A stretch of DNA of 64,000 nucleotides from Eledone cirrhosa (GCA_964016885.1 OZ024740.1:418934001-418998000), one strand, 5' to 3'. Counted from the stretch's first letter, positions 23,329 to 35,787 are shown. Notes: a model not told the origin generated them from the sequence alone. Translations and numbers: made by a program.

Positions 23329-23588
23329 ACTAAAGGTGGAAAACTGGGAGAGGGCACTTGCCTTGGTGGTCAGGGTCATTGTGGCTTTTTACTGGGCTTT
23401 CTCCACAAATGTCCCTCCGAAGTCTCCCCCCTATTGGGGAATTTTTCATTGTTATTTTCATTGTTATTTTTGTTACATCCTCTGTTTTTGTTTTTTTACA
23501 CGCAGAAATGCCCATTTGTACCGTCCTGCATTGTCCTGCACTGTCCTTAATGTCTACTTTATGTAAACCCTTGTGGTTAATAAAGAAA

Positions 23589-23644
<56 letters not shown>

Positions 23645-23651
23645 TAATATA

Positions 23652-23947
23652 TCAAATCCCACTGTAGTTAACTTCACCTTCCATCCTTATGGGTTGATAA
23701 AATAAAGTACCAGTAATGCACTGGGGTTGATTTAATTGACTTCCCCTCCCCCAAATTGTTGCCCTTGTGCCTAAACCATAAACCATTATTCAAGTATATT
23801 ACAGAGTTTTTTAGCTTGGTTGTGGTTTATCAGTAGAAATAATGGTTTATGGTTTAGGCACAAGGGCAACAATTTAGGGGAAGTTAATTAAATCCACCCC
23901 AGTGCATTACTGGTACTTTATTTTATCAACCCATAAGGATGGCAGGC
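23652..23947. mobile_element. tRNA-SINE 3' half plus its local inverted duplicate
   Basis: 23677-23790 is reverse-complementary to 23839-23947. Confidence 0.75.
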
Positions 23948-24346
23948 TATATAAATGTAAATAAATGTATTCTCTTTTCTCCTAGTTTATTTTACACCTA
24001 ATTCTGTTTAATTGACTGTATATCTGGGCGATTACGCTGTCGAAATATTCCATAAATATTTCATCGCAGCCGACGCGAAGGGCTCGTTTCGGTTATTTGT
24101 TGGAGACTTCTTCATAGAAGCAGCCTTATTCTTATAGCCTGGTCTATTCCATTTTTTATATGGTTAATTATGCTAATTGGGAGAGGAAATGGTATATATT
24201 TTATCTGGTGATTCTATAGACATGTTTTATGATATATAGCTCTGATTATTTAATTTATTAACTTTTCATTGAGCCACAAAGTGACCCGTTGCAAAACACG
24301 TATATGTATATATGTATATATATATATATACGCGTATGTAAACCTT

Positions 24347-24395
<49 letters not shown>

Positions 24396-24554
24396 ATTAT
24401 ATATATATATATATGACCAACTAAATCTGAGTTAAAATTGCAGATGTCTGCTTTTTTCAAAAAAACTAAGAATTTCAATTATTTCAATTTTAAAATTTAA
24501 ACTATATTTCAGATTGTGTTTATTTTAACACAGAAGTATCCATTGCTATAATTA

Positions 24555-24882
24555 TCTCTCTCTCTCTCTCTCTCTCTCTCGCTCGCGCTCTCTCTCTTTC
24601 TTCCCTCTCTCTCTCTCTCTCTCTACCCCTCGCACTCTCTCTCTGTCTCCCCTCTCTCTCTCCCTCTCTCTTTCTCCCTCTCTCTCTCTCTCTGTCTCCT
24701 CTCTCTCTCTCCCTCTCTCTTTCTCTCTTCTCTCTCTCTCTCCCCCTCGCACTCTCTCTCTGTCTCCCCCTCTCTCTATCTCTCTATCTCTCTCTTTCTC
24801 CCTCTCTCTCTCTGTTTCCCTTCTCCCTCTCCCTCTCTCTTTCTCTCCTCTCTCTCTCCCCCTCGCACTCTCTCTCTGTCTT

Positions 24883-24926
<44 letters not shown>

Positions 24927-25070
24927 CCTCCCTCTCTCTCTCTCTCCCCTCTCTCCCTCCCTCTCTCTCTCCCTCTCTCTTTCTCCCTCTCTCTTTCTCC
25001 CTCTCTCTTTCTCCCTCTCTCTCTCTCTGCCCCCCCCTCTCTCTCTGTCCCCCCCTCTCTCTATCTTCCT
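24555..25070. repeat. Degenerate (CT)n microsatellite
   Basis: Directly visible in the sequence. Confidence 0.95.
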
Positions 25071-25298
25071 ACCTCTTGCTCATGTATCCTCATCATCATC
25101 ATCATCATTATTCACCCCCCCCCCACACACACACAGACCTACACACACAGACCCACATATATATACATATGGGGTGTATATATATATATATGTATAGAAA
25201 TAAACAAACCAGTTTACATATGTTAGACAACCTTCAATTATCTAAATTAAAAATGTTATTTCCAAAGCTATGAAGTATCAATGTTTATCTCAATAATT

Positions 25299-25460
25299 AT
25301 AATGACCAAGTTATATATATATAATGACCAAGTTATATATATATAATGACCAAGTTATATATATATAATGACCAAGTTATATATATATAATGACCAAGTT
25401 ATATATATATAATGACCAAGTTATATATATATAATGACCAAGTTATATAACTTGGTCATT
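25299..25460. repeat. 22-bp tandem repeat x7 ending in a palindrome
   Basis: aatgaccaag at 25301, 25323, 25345, 25367, 25389, 25411 and 25433; the final unit forms aatgaccaagttatataacttggtcatt. Confidence 0.9.
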
Positions 25461-25546
25461 TGCAATTGGAACACATGTATACTTGTATAGTTATATCTGT
25501 GTTCATCACTCTCATATATTCAATTATATATATATATATATATATA

Positions 25547-25794
25547 ACGAAGGAATTGTGGTAAGGAACCAGATGCACTAGAGTACTCAATACTTAGGGT
25601 AGTAGAGTGGGTAATAGGAAAAAGTATGACCCCGACGGTAGAGCTCAAGCCGTTTCGACGGCTATTTCTGGACTAAATTAGAATTTTTAGCCTGGTAAAT
25701 AAATTCTAATTTAGTCCAGGCTAAAAATTCTAATTTAGTCCAGAAATAGCCGTCAGAACGGCTTGAGCTCTGCCGTCGGGGTCATACTTTTTCC

Positions 25795-25797
<3 letters not shown>
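25547..25797 (-). mobile_element. Penelope-like relic with inverted pseudo-LTR in (TA)n (second copy)
   Basis: Homologous to 121-317; arms 25614-25695 and 25716-25797. Confidence 0.55.
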
Positions 25798-25830
<33 letters not shown>

Positions 25831-25902
25831 AATGTATAAATGAAGTAATTCCATCGGAAAAGTCCAGGAAAAAAGAGTGCTCTATGTAGGTAACAGAGCT
25901 TA

Positions 25903-26452
25903 ATAGTTATGTAATAAACAACATAAGGCAATTATTCCATTTACCAGTGGTTTCTTAAAAGCAAAAAATGTTGCTTTCAATCATCAGAATGAAAAAATCC
26001 TGGTGTATTTATTGATATTGGATTCTAAAAACAAAAATGCAATCTATATGAAAGTGAGGCTGGAGAAGGAAGAAGGAAAGGAAAAATAAAATAAAAACAC
26101 ACATGCAAACACACACACACACACACACAATTATATACATACACACACATATATATATATATATATGTGTGTGTATATATATATATATATATATGTACGT
26201 GTGTATATACGTATGATTGTGTGTATGTATGTATGTATATGTATGTGTGTATGGCTATGTATGTGTATGTGTATGCATATATATATATATATATATTTAT
26301 ATTTCTATATATATATGTATATATATGTGTGTGGTTGTATATATGTATGTGTATGTATGGATATGTTGATATTTATGTGTGTATGTATGTATGTGTATAT
26401 GTATGTGTATGTATATATATACACATATATATGTGTATATGTGTGTGTGTAT

Positions 26453-26500
<48 letters not shown>

Positions 26501-26740
26501 ATGTATATAATTGTGTGTGTGTGTGTGTGTGTGTTTGCATGTGTGTTTTTATTTTATTTTTCCTTTCCTTCTTCCTTCTCCAGCCTCACTTTCATATAGA
26601 TTGCATTTTTGTTTTTAGAATCCAATATCAATAAATACACCAAGATTTTTTCATTCTGATGATTGAAAGCAACATTTTTTGCTTTTAAGAAACCACTGGT
26701 AAATGGAATAATTGCCTTATGTTGTTTATTACATAACTAT
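25903..26740. repeat. ~250-bp near-perfect inverted repeat around a TA/TG microsatellite spacer
   Basis: 25903-26150 is the reverse complement of about 26493-26740; one substitution seen in the unique part. Confidence 0.92.
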
Positions 26741-26744
26741 ATAT

Positions 26745-26823
<79 letters not shown>

Positions 26824-26828
<5 letters not shown>

Positions 26829-26868
26829 GACTAGAACTGTTTCATTCGGGAGAAATCATCAGGAGAGC
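26824..26868 (-). ncRNA. Hammerhead-ribozyme-like core terminating at its cleavage triplet
   Basis: Minus strand reads gctctc-CTGATGA-tttctcccgaat-GAAA-cagttctagtcctg-TA then (TA)n; stem III acag/ctgt, GUA site. Confidence 0.5.
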
Positions 26869-26944
26869 ATACACACATATATATATATACATACATATAC
26901 ATACATACATATATACATATATATATACATATATACATATATAT

Positions 26945-27112
26945 CATCATCATCATTTTACGTCTGCTTTTCCCTGCTTACAAGGGTGGGACGGGTCCTA
27001 TTCAGCACAGCATCTCTCCACTTGTCATGGTCCTTCGTCATCTCCTCCTTGAGCTTCAGCGATCTGAGGTCTGCTCTCACCACCTCTGCCCATGTTTTTC
27101 ATGGTCTTCCTC
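26945..27112 (-). mobile_element. RTE LINE (second subfamily) 3' end
   Basis: Reverse complement of about 35625-35800. Confidence 0.8.
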
Positions 27113-27166
27113 TACTGCGCACATACATACACATATACATATATATATACATATATATACATATAC

Positions 27167-27199
<33 letters not shown>

Positions 27200-27982
27200 A
27201 ATACATATACGTATATATACATATATATACCTACATACATATACATACATGCATACATACATACATATATATCTATATATATATATCGTTCTATAAAATC
27301 TAAATTATTATCTTACTTTTTTCATCTGATCATAAGTATTGATTTTTAACATTAGTATAAGGCCACAAATTTGGAAAATGGGTAAAATATTAAAATAGTA
27401 TTTAACACTTTTAATTTACTACCACCAAAATATACTTCAATATCACTATTTTGTATAGCTAAACCACTGTGGTTGAGTGGAAGATTGGATGGAAAGCTTA
27501 TCTCAATTTCTGTAGCATTAAATGACTGAGAGTACAAGACTTCCCCCTGAACAGGATGCCAGTCTATTGCAGGGTTAAACCCCCAGCTACTAGGGTGTTG
27601 AACTTATAATTATAATGCTGTGGGTTCAATTCAGGCTGTGTTTATCTTGGACTGCATTATCCAATATATCCTTTTAAAGCAGTACGGGTTATTTGAGGGT
27701 GATTTGGCTGCTATTTCAGGAACATTTGGTTTCTAACAACTGGATTTTCAATGAAGCTGGGGAATTTTAAAAAAATGTCCTCAAATTTAATTCGACTTTT
27801 TTACTTCTCTTAGCAATCCATTTTATACATTATTCCTTTGATACCAACCTATCTGAGATCACCTATTATTCTATGATACAAAACTATACATTTTCAAGTG
27901 TTCATATTTAAATTCAAACCTTTCATCAGAGCCAAATGAAACAGAATTTTGAAATAACATGAATTATTGGTAAACTTTCTTA

Positions 27983-28235
27983 TGGAACAAACTACCTGCA
28001 TCAGTTGTTAGCTGTCGAGACACTGCATCCTTCAAAACTTCCATGCTTCCTGAAATTTGCCAACACTACACCTGATATACCCCCTCCATATACATGCATG
28101 CATGTGTGTAAATTCATATACTGTTCACTTTCCTAACATTTGTACATTGATCTATGTACTATACATGCACTTTTGATGAGTTGTAGTGCACCTGAGCACT
28201 GTACACTAATAATAATTTTCATCATTTTTTTTATT
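27983..28235 (+). mobile_element. CR1/L2-group LINE 3' fragment
   Basis: 27983-28075 reads WNKLPASVVSCRDTASFKTSMLPEICQHYT*, the WN.LP..VV......FK C-terminal motif. The 3'UTR end (gtgcacctgagcactgtaca..ataattttcat) recurs inverted at 1240-1273. Confidence 0.7.
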
Positions 28236-28519
28236 ATTTAAGACATTCAGGGGAACTGGGTCACTTACAGTGGAGTTCTTGTCATTGTTAGTGGCTCACC
28301 TTGCTGAAATATCTGGTAATGCTCATGAGGGCATTTGACTATTCCAACACTCTAGCCTCTCTATCACCCACAGTAATACTGTAAATATCTCGGCATCCTT
28401 AAACATTTTTTAAAGAAAACACAAGCAACTTTGTTGCAGCATACACTTGCGTGAACACAAGGAATATATTTCATTACAAATATGGTTGTGAAAATCTCTC
28501 ACAGAAAAATATTATATTA

Positions 28520-28780
28520 AAAAGCACCCAGCCCACACTGTAAAGTGGTTGTGTAGGTGTCACAACAAAAAGCACCCAGCCCACACTGTAAAGTGGTTGT
28601 GTAGGTGTCACAACAAAAAGCACCCAGCCTACACTGTAAAGTGGTTGTGTAGGTGTCACAAAAAAAAGCACCCAGTACACACTGTAAATGTGGTTGGTGT
28701 TACGAAGGGCATCCAGCTGTAGAAAACCAGCTAACCCAGGCTAGCATGGAAAAATGGACATTAAACAATGATAATGATAA
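28520..28780 (+). mobile_element. RTE-type tail with internal 48-bp tandem repeat (about 3.4 units)
   Basis: agcacccagcccacactgtaaagtggttgtgtaggtgtcacaacaaaa repeated, followed by the shared tail. Confidence 0.75.
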
Positions 28781-29094
28781 AAATATTTTTTTCCTATTTT
28801 AGATATAACTACTTATGTTCTGTTTATTGCAGAAAAATAAAATTAAGCATCAACTTTATATTTGAACTTGTTCAAAGCACAATCTATTTCAAGAGAGTAG
28901 GTTATGTCTGTGTTGTTGTTCAATAAATATGAATTAATGTACTGTTTATAATTCGGTTTGTACAATAATTCCATTATCAGACACAAGGCAGAATTAATTT
29001 CAATAAGGTCTTCCTTTATATAAATTGATTAACAAATTCCTACCATGAATAACAACAACAACAACAACAGCAATAACAACATCAACAATAATAA

Positions 29095-29322
29095 TGCTTT
29101 CTGATTTAGGCACAAGGCCAGCAATGGTATTTTTTTTATTTATTTATATATTTTTGGGGGGTGGGGAAAGTTAATTAAATCAACCCCAGTGCATTACTGG
29201 TACTTTATTTTATCGACCCTGTAAGGATGAAAGGTAAAACTAACCCCGGCAGGATTTGAACCCAGAATGAAAAGGGTTGTAACTCTATGCCACAAAACGT
29301 TGTCTGATGCTCTACCGATACC
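29095..29322 (-). mobile_element. tRNA-derived SINE
   Basis: Same family as 3998-4730. Confidence 0.75.
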
Positions 29323-29409
29323 TTAAAAAAACAATAATAATAACAATAATAATTTCTTATTTTGGCCACAAAGGCTCAAGATGGTGGAGAAAATAGAGTT
29401 GAGTTTACA

Positions 29410-30255
29410 TTCATCATCACCATCACCGTCATCATCACAATCACCATCACCATCATCACCATCACCATCATCACAATCACCACCATCATTACCATCATCA
29501 TCACCATCATCATCATCACCATCATCACCATCACCATCATTATCATAATCACCATCATCATCACCATCATAACCCGCATTATCATCACAATCACCATCAT
29601 CATAACCCTCATAATCCCCATCATCCATCATCATCATCATCACCATCATCACCAACATGATCATCACCATCACCATCACCACTCATCATCATCATAATCA
29701 CCATCATCACCATCACCACCATCATCACAATCACCATCATTACCATCAGGATCATCACCACCACCATCATCATCATCACCATCATCATAATCACCATCAC
29801 CATTATCATCATCATCACCCTTCATCATCATAATCACCATCATTATCATCCCCATCATCACCATCATGGTCATCACCATCACCATCACCATCATCACCAT
29901 CACCACCACCATCACCATCACCATCATCACCATCACCATCACCATCATCATCATCATCATCACCCATCATCATCTTAATCACCATCATCACCATCACCAT
30001 CATCACCATCATAATCACCATCATCACCATCACCATCATCACCATCACCATCACCATCACCATTATCATCATCACCATCACCATTATCATCATCTCATCA
30101 TCTCATCTTCATCACCACCATCATCATCTTCACCACCATCATCATCACCATCACCACCATCATCATCATCATCACCATCATCATCACCATCACCACCACT
30201 ATCATCATCACCCATCATCATCACCATCATCACCATCCCCACCATCATCATCATT
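29410..30255. repeat. Degenerate (CAT/CAC)n trinucleotide array
   Basis: Directly visible; abuts an RTE-type tail whose terminus is (ATG)n. Confidence 0.95.
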
Positions 30256-30385
30256 GTTTAACGTCCATTTCCCCCACTGGCATGGGTTAAACAGGTTGTC
30301 ACATTATGTGACAAGTCAGGTCAGGAGACCACGTCATGTTCATACAGAACTGTATTTTGGTTTAGTTTTATAGCTGGATTCCCTT

Positions 30386-31025
30386 CATCATCATCATCAT
30401 CTTCGTTTAACATCCACTTTCCACGCTAGCATGGGTTAGACGGGAGTTGTCCCACTTGAGGCAAGGCTGGTCAGGTGACCGTGTCTCGCTCATGTAGGAC
30501 TATCTGGCAGGTTTTCTACAGCTGGAAGCCCTTCCTAACACCAACCACATTTACAGTGCAGAACTGGGAACTTTTTACTGTGTTACCTACTCAACCACAT
30601 TACAGCATAATCTCATTTATTTGGACTGGATGTTGTGGTACCAACTTTATAGAGAGAGGGTGGTGTTGGTGGGAGTGGGAGGATAGGGTAGGGGTAGTGG
30701 ATTGGGGTGTATATTTGGTTAAGAGGTGCCTACTGACTGTAGGTTTCGCTTTGTACATAGGCAAGGCGGGTCTTCTGTATTACTGCGTAGTGCCAAAGAT
30801 CCCGGTCCAGTGACATTGTCTTAGAGAGGTGCAAGTGTGTAAGGTCGGAATTTATTAAATCGTCCCAGGTTTTTCTGGGTCTACCTACTCCGTAACTTCC
30901 ATCAATTTTGATCGCCCTGCACTTTTTTATACAGCTGTTGTCTTTCATGCGCATCACATGACCATACCAACGTAGTCTTCTCTCAAGTAAACAGCATCTG
31001 ATCCCTCTTATTCCTAATTTCTCAC
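30386..31025 (-). mobile_element. RTE LINE 3' fragment
   Basis: RRLRWYGHVMRMKDNSCIKKCRAIKIDG..GRPRKTW plus 3'UTR and tail. Confidence 0.85.
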
Positions 31026-31070
31026 TTTGGAATCCCTTATTAACACCAACCTAGTTACAGTAGTAACAAG

Positions 31071-31101
<31 letters not shown>

Positions 31102-31261
31102 ACACCAGCAACAACAACAACAGCAACAACATGAGTAGATAGGATGCTGCAAAGGTTCGTATGGCTGTAAAGACCAATTACTAATCAACAAAGCCTTAAC
31201 AGAAAACTGCACAAAACTGCCGAACTAAATCTCAGCATGATATGGATTAATTAGAAGGTTT

Positions 31262-34200
31262 TTTACTGTGTTCCCCATACATTGACACTGAATATACCAG
31301 TCATAAACATTGTAGTGTCAACAATAAATATATTGACAGTGTTATATATTGACAGTGATATATATTGACAGTGTTCCCCATACATTGACACTGAATATAC
31401 CAGTCATAAACATTGTAGTGTCAACAATAAATATATTGACAGTGTTATATATTGACAGTGATATATATTGACAGTGTTCCCCATACATTGACACTGAATA
31501 TACCAGTCATAAACATTGTAGTGTCAACAATAAATATATTGACAGTGTTATATATTGACAGTGATATATATTGACAGTGTTCCCCATACATTGACACTGA
31601 ATATACCAGTCATAAACATTGTAGTGTCAACAATAAATATATTGACAGTGTTATATATTGACAGTGATATATATTGACAGTGTTCCCCATACATTGACAC
31701 TGAATATACCAGTCATAAACATTGTAGTGTCAAAAATAAATATATTGACAGTGTTATATATTGACAGTGTTATATATTGACAGTGTTCCCCATACATTGA
31801 CAATGAATATACCAGTCATAAACATTGTAGTGTCAACAATAAATATATTAACAGTGGTATATATTGACAGTGTTCCCCATACATTGGCACTGAATAAACC
31901 AGTCATAAACATTGTAGTGTCAACAATAAATATATTGACAGTGTTATATATTGACAGTGTTATATATTGACAGTGTTATATATTGACAGTGTTCCCCATA
32001 CATTGGCACTGAATATACCAGTCATAAACATTGTAGTGTCAACAATAAATATATTGACAGTGTTATATATTGACTGTGTTCCCCATACATTGGCACTGAA
32101 TATACCAGTCATAAACATTGTAGTGTCAACAATAAATATATTGACAGTGTTATATATTGACAGTGTTATATATTGACAGTGTTATATTTTGACAGTGTTC
32201 CCCATACATTGGCACTGAACATACCAGTCATAAACATTGTAGTGTCAATAATAAATATATTGACAGTGTTATATATTGACAGTGTTATATATTGACAGTG
32301 TTATATTTTGACAGTGTTCCCCATACATTGGCATTGAATATACCAGTCATAAACATTGTAGTGTCAACAATAAATATATTGACAGTGTTATATATTGACA
32401 GTGTTCCCCATACATTGACACTGAATATACCAGTCATAAACATTGTAGTGTCAACAATAAATATATTGACAGTGTTATATATTGACAGTGTTATATATTG
32501 ACAGTGTTATATATTGACAGTGTTCCCCATACATTGGCACTGAATATACCAGTCATAAACATTGTAGTGTCAATAATAAATATATTGACAGTGTTATATA
32601 TTGACAGTGTTATATATTGACAGTGATATATATTGACAGTGTTATATATTGACAGTGATATATATTGATAGTGTTCCCCATACATTGACACTGAATATAC
32701 CAGTCATAAACATTGTAGTGTCAACAATAAATATATTGACAGTGTTATATATTGACAGTGTTATATTTTGACAGTGTTCCCCATACATTGGCACTGAATA
32801 TACCAGTCATAAACATTGTAGTGTCAACAATAAATATATTGACAGTGTTATATATTGACAGTGATATATATTGACAGTGTTCCCCATACATTGGCACTGA
32901 ATATACCAGTCATAAACATTGTAGTGTCAACAATAAATATATTGACAGTGTTATATATTGACAGTGATATATATTGACAGTGTTCCCCATACATTGACAC
33001 TGAATATACCAGTCATAAACATTGTAGTGTCAACAATAAATATATTGACAGTGTTATATATTGACAGCGTTCCCCATACATTGACACTGAATATACCAGT
33101 CATAAACATTGTAGTGTCAATAATAAATATTTTGACAGTGTTATATATTGACAGTGATATATATTGACAGTGTTCCCCATACATTGATACTGAATATACC
33201 AGTCATAAACATTGTAGTGTCAACAATAAATATATTGACAGTGTTATATATTGACAGTGATATATATTGACAGTGTTCCCCATACATTGACACTGAATAT
33301 ACCAGTCATAAACATTGTAGTGTCAACAATAAATATATTGACAGTGTTATATATTGACAGTGTTCCCCATACATTGACACTGAATATACCAGTCATAAAC
33401 ATTGTAGTGTCAACAATAAATATATTGACAGTGTTATATATTGAGAGTGATATATATTGACAGTGTTCCCCATACATTGGCACTGAATATACCAGTCATA
33501 AACATTGTAGTGTCAACAATAAATATATTGACAGTGTTATATATTGAGAGTGTTCCCCATACATTGACACTGAATATACCAGTCATAAACATTGTAGTGT
33601 CAACAATAAATATATTGACAGTGTTATATATTGACAGTGTTCCCCATACATTGACACTGAATATACCAGTCATAAACATTGTAGTGTCAACAATAAATAT
33701 ATTGACAGTGTTATATATTGACAGTTTTCCCCATACATTGACACTGAATATACCAGTCATAAACATTGTAGTGTCAATAATAAATATATTGACAGTGTTA
33801 TATATTGACAGTGTTCCCCATACATTGACACTGAATATACCAGTCATAAACATTGTAGTGTCAACAATAAATATATTGACAGTGTTATATATTGACAGTG
33901 TTATATATTGACAGTGTTCCCCATACATTGGCACTGAATATACCAGTCATAAACATTGTAGTGTCAACAATAAATATTTTGACAGTGTTATATATTGACT
34001 GTGTTCCCCATACATTGGCACTGAATATACCAGTCATAAACATTGTAGTGTCAATAATAAATATATTGACAGTGTTATATATTGACAGTGATATATATTG
34101 ACAGTGTTCCCCATACATTGGCACTGAATATACCAGTCATAAACATTGTAGTGTCAATAATAAATATATTAACAGTGTTATATATTGACAGTATTATATA

Positions 34201-34873
34201 TTGACAGTAATATATATTGACAGTACTATATATTGACAGTGTTATATATTGACAGTGTTATATATTGACAGTGTTATATATTGACAGTGTTATATTTTGA
34301 CAGTGTTCCCCATACATTGGCACTGAATATACCAGTCATAAACATTGTAGTGTCAACAATAAATATATTGACAGTGTTATATATTGACAGTGTTCCTCAT
34401 ACATTGGCACTGAATATACCAGTCATAAACATTGTAGTGTCAATAATAAATATATTGACAGTGTTATATATTGACAGTGATATATATTGACAGTGTTCCC
34501 CATACATTGGCACTGAATATACCAGTCATAAACATTGTAGTGTCAATAATAAATATATTAACAGTGTTATATATTGACAGTATTATATATTGACAGTAAT
34601 ATATATTGACAGTACTATATATTGACAGTGTTATATATTGACAGTGTTATATATTGACAGTGTTCCCCATACATTGGCACTGAATATACCAGCTATAAAC
34701 AATGTAGGGCCAACAATAAATATATTGACAGTGTTATATATTGACAGTACTATATATTGACAGTACTATATATTGACAGTATTATATATTGACAGTGTTA
34801 TATATTGACAGTGTTCCCCATACATTGGCACTGAATATACCATAAACAATGTAGGGCCAACAATAAATATATT
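31262..34873. repeat. Complex minisatellite: 71-bp core plus variable 16-bp subrepeat (mainly 87/103-bp units)
   Basis: Core gacagtgttccccatacattgacactgaatataccagtcataaacattgtagtgtcaacaataaatatatt plus (gacagtgttatatatt)n. Confidence 0.97.
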
Positions 34874-35339
34874 CATTAAACATGTCATGAGGAATTGGCA
34901 AACAGTTCTTCAGATACAAACAACAAAAAGATGGATTTATAAAAGCTGAACCCATCCTAATTGAGGGATATAAAGAATGGTGTGCTCATGCATGGAGATA
35001 TTATAAGATAGGGTGAAGACCATTATTGTATTTTCATAGTAAACACTTTACCTCACATAATATCAAGTCTACAATATTTTGATGACGTTATTGTTTATTT
35101 TGAGAATGATATCTTAATGTCAGTGTGAGCTGCTGGTTACAGCCAGTTTCAAAAAGGAGAAACAATTCTAGCTGGATACAGCTGGTTTAAATGCTAAAGA
35201 GTTAAAGATGGAAAAAGAAGTTGCCATTGACTTCTATAAGGAATTGAACGCCATATCTTTTAACCATTAAACCAAGGAAGTGTAACAACTCTTACCATCT
35301 TAAATTAAACAGCTGAATCACAGCTTTTAGATATCAACA

Positions 35340-35560
35340 GACATTGTGTATGTAGCTCATCTCTCAGACTTACAAAGTGTTGAGAATATAAAATTAATAT
35401 AAAGAATGGTGTACTCATGTGTGGAGGTGTTATAAAATAACTTATAAAATAGGGTGAAGATATTTAAAAGTTGCCATCAGATGTCATGAGGAATTGAACC
35501 CCATATTTCCCAGATACTGGCTAGATGCATTAAATCATTAAGTTAAGGGAGCATAACACT
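35340..35560 (-). mobile_element. tRNA-like SINE (family of 5671-5830)
   Basis: Minus-strand B-box-like ggggttcaattcc; body colinear with 5640-5830. Confidence 0.55.
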
Positions 35561-35614
35561 TTTACCATCTTAAATTAGATAGCTGAATCATAGCTTTTAG
35601 ATGTCAATAAACAT

Positions 35615-35787
35615 CCATTTAATGCCAGTAGAAGGAAGACCACAAAAAACATGGATGGAGGTGGTGAGAGCAGACCTCAGATTGCTGAAGCTCATGGAGG
35701 AGATGACAAAAGACCATGACAGGTGGAGAGATGCTGTGCTGAATAGGACCTGTCCCACCCTTGCAAGCAGGGAAAAGCGGATGTAAA

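Larger units (their letters stand above)
17588..23645 (+). mobile_element. Full-length, apparently intact L1/Tx1-clade non-LTR retrotransposon
   Basis: Two uninterrupted ORFs separated by 35 nt, a 3'UTR with AATAAA at about 23579, and (ATT)n at both ends. The 5' boundary is inferred from the end of the left (ATT)n. Confidence 0.92.

Noticed and set aside
18043-23379. Antisense and alternative-frame ORFs overlapping the LINE ORFs
   Set aside because: They are shadow ORFs of GC-rich or low-complexity coding sequence with no recognisable motifs.
24065-24126. Minus-strand TGAAGA...CCGAAACG...CGTC hammerhead-like string
   Set aside because: The first core base is wrong and stems I and II do not pair convincingly.
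31761-34490. ORFs with 29-aa repeats (DSVPHTLTLNIPVINIVVSTINILTVLYI)
   Set aside because: These translate 87-bp minisatellite units. The 103-bp units frameshift them and the parent RT is dead.
31262-34873. CRISPR-like regular repeats (also 4980-5670)
   Set aside because: There are no unique spacers and no cas genes, and the context is eukaryotic.
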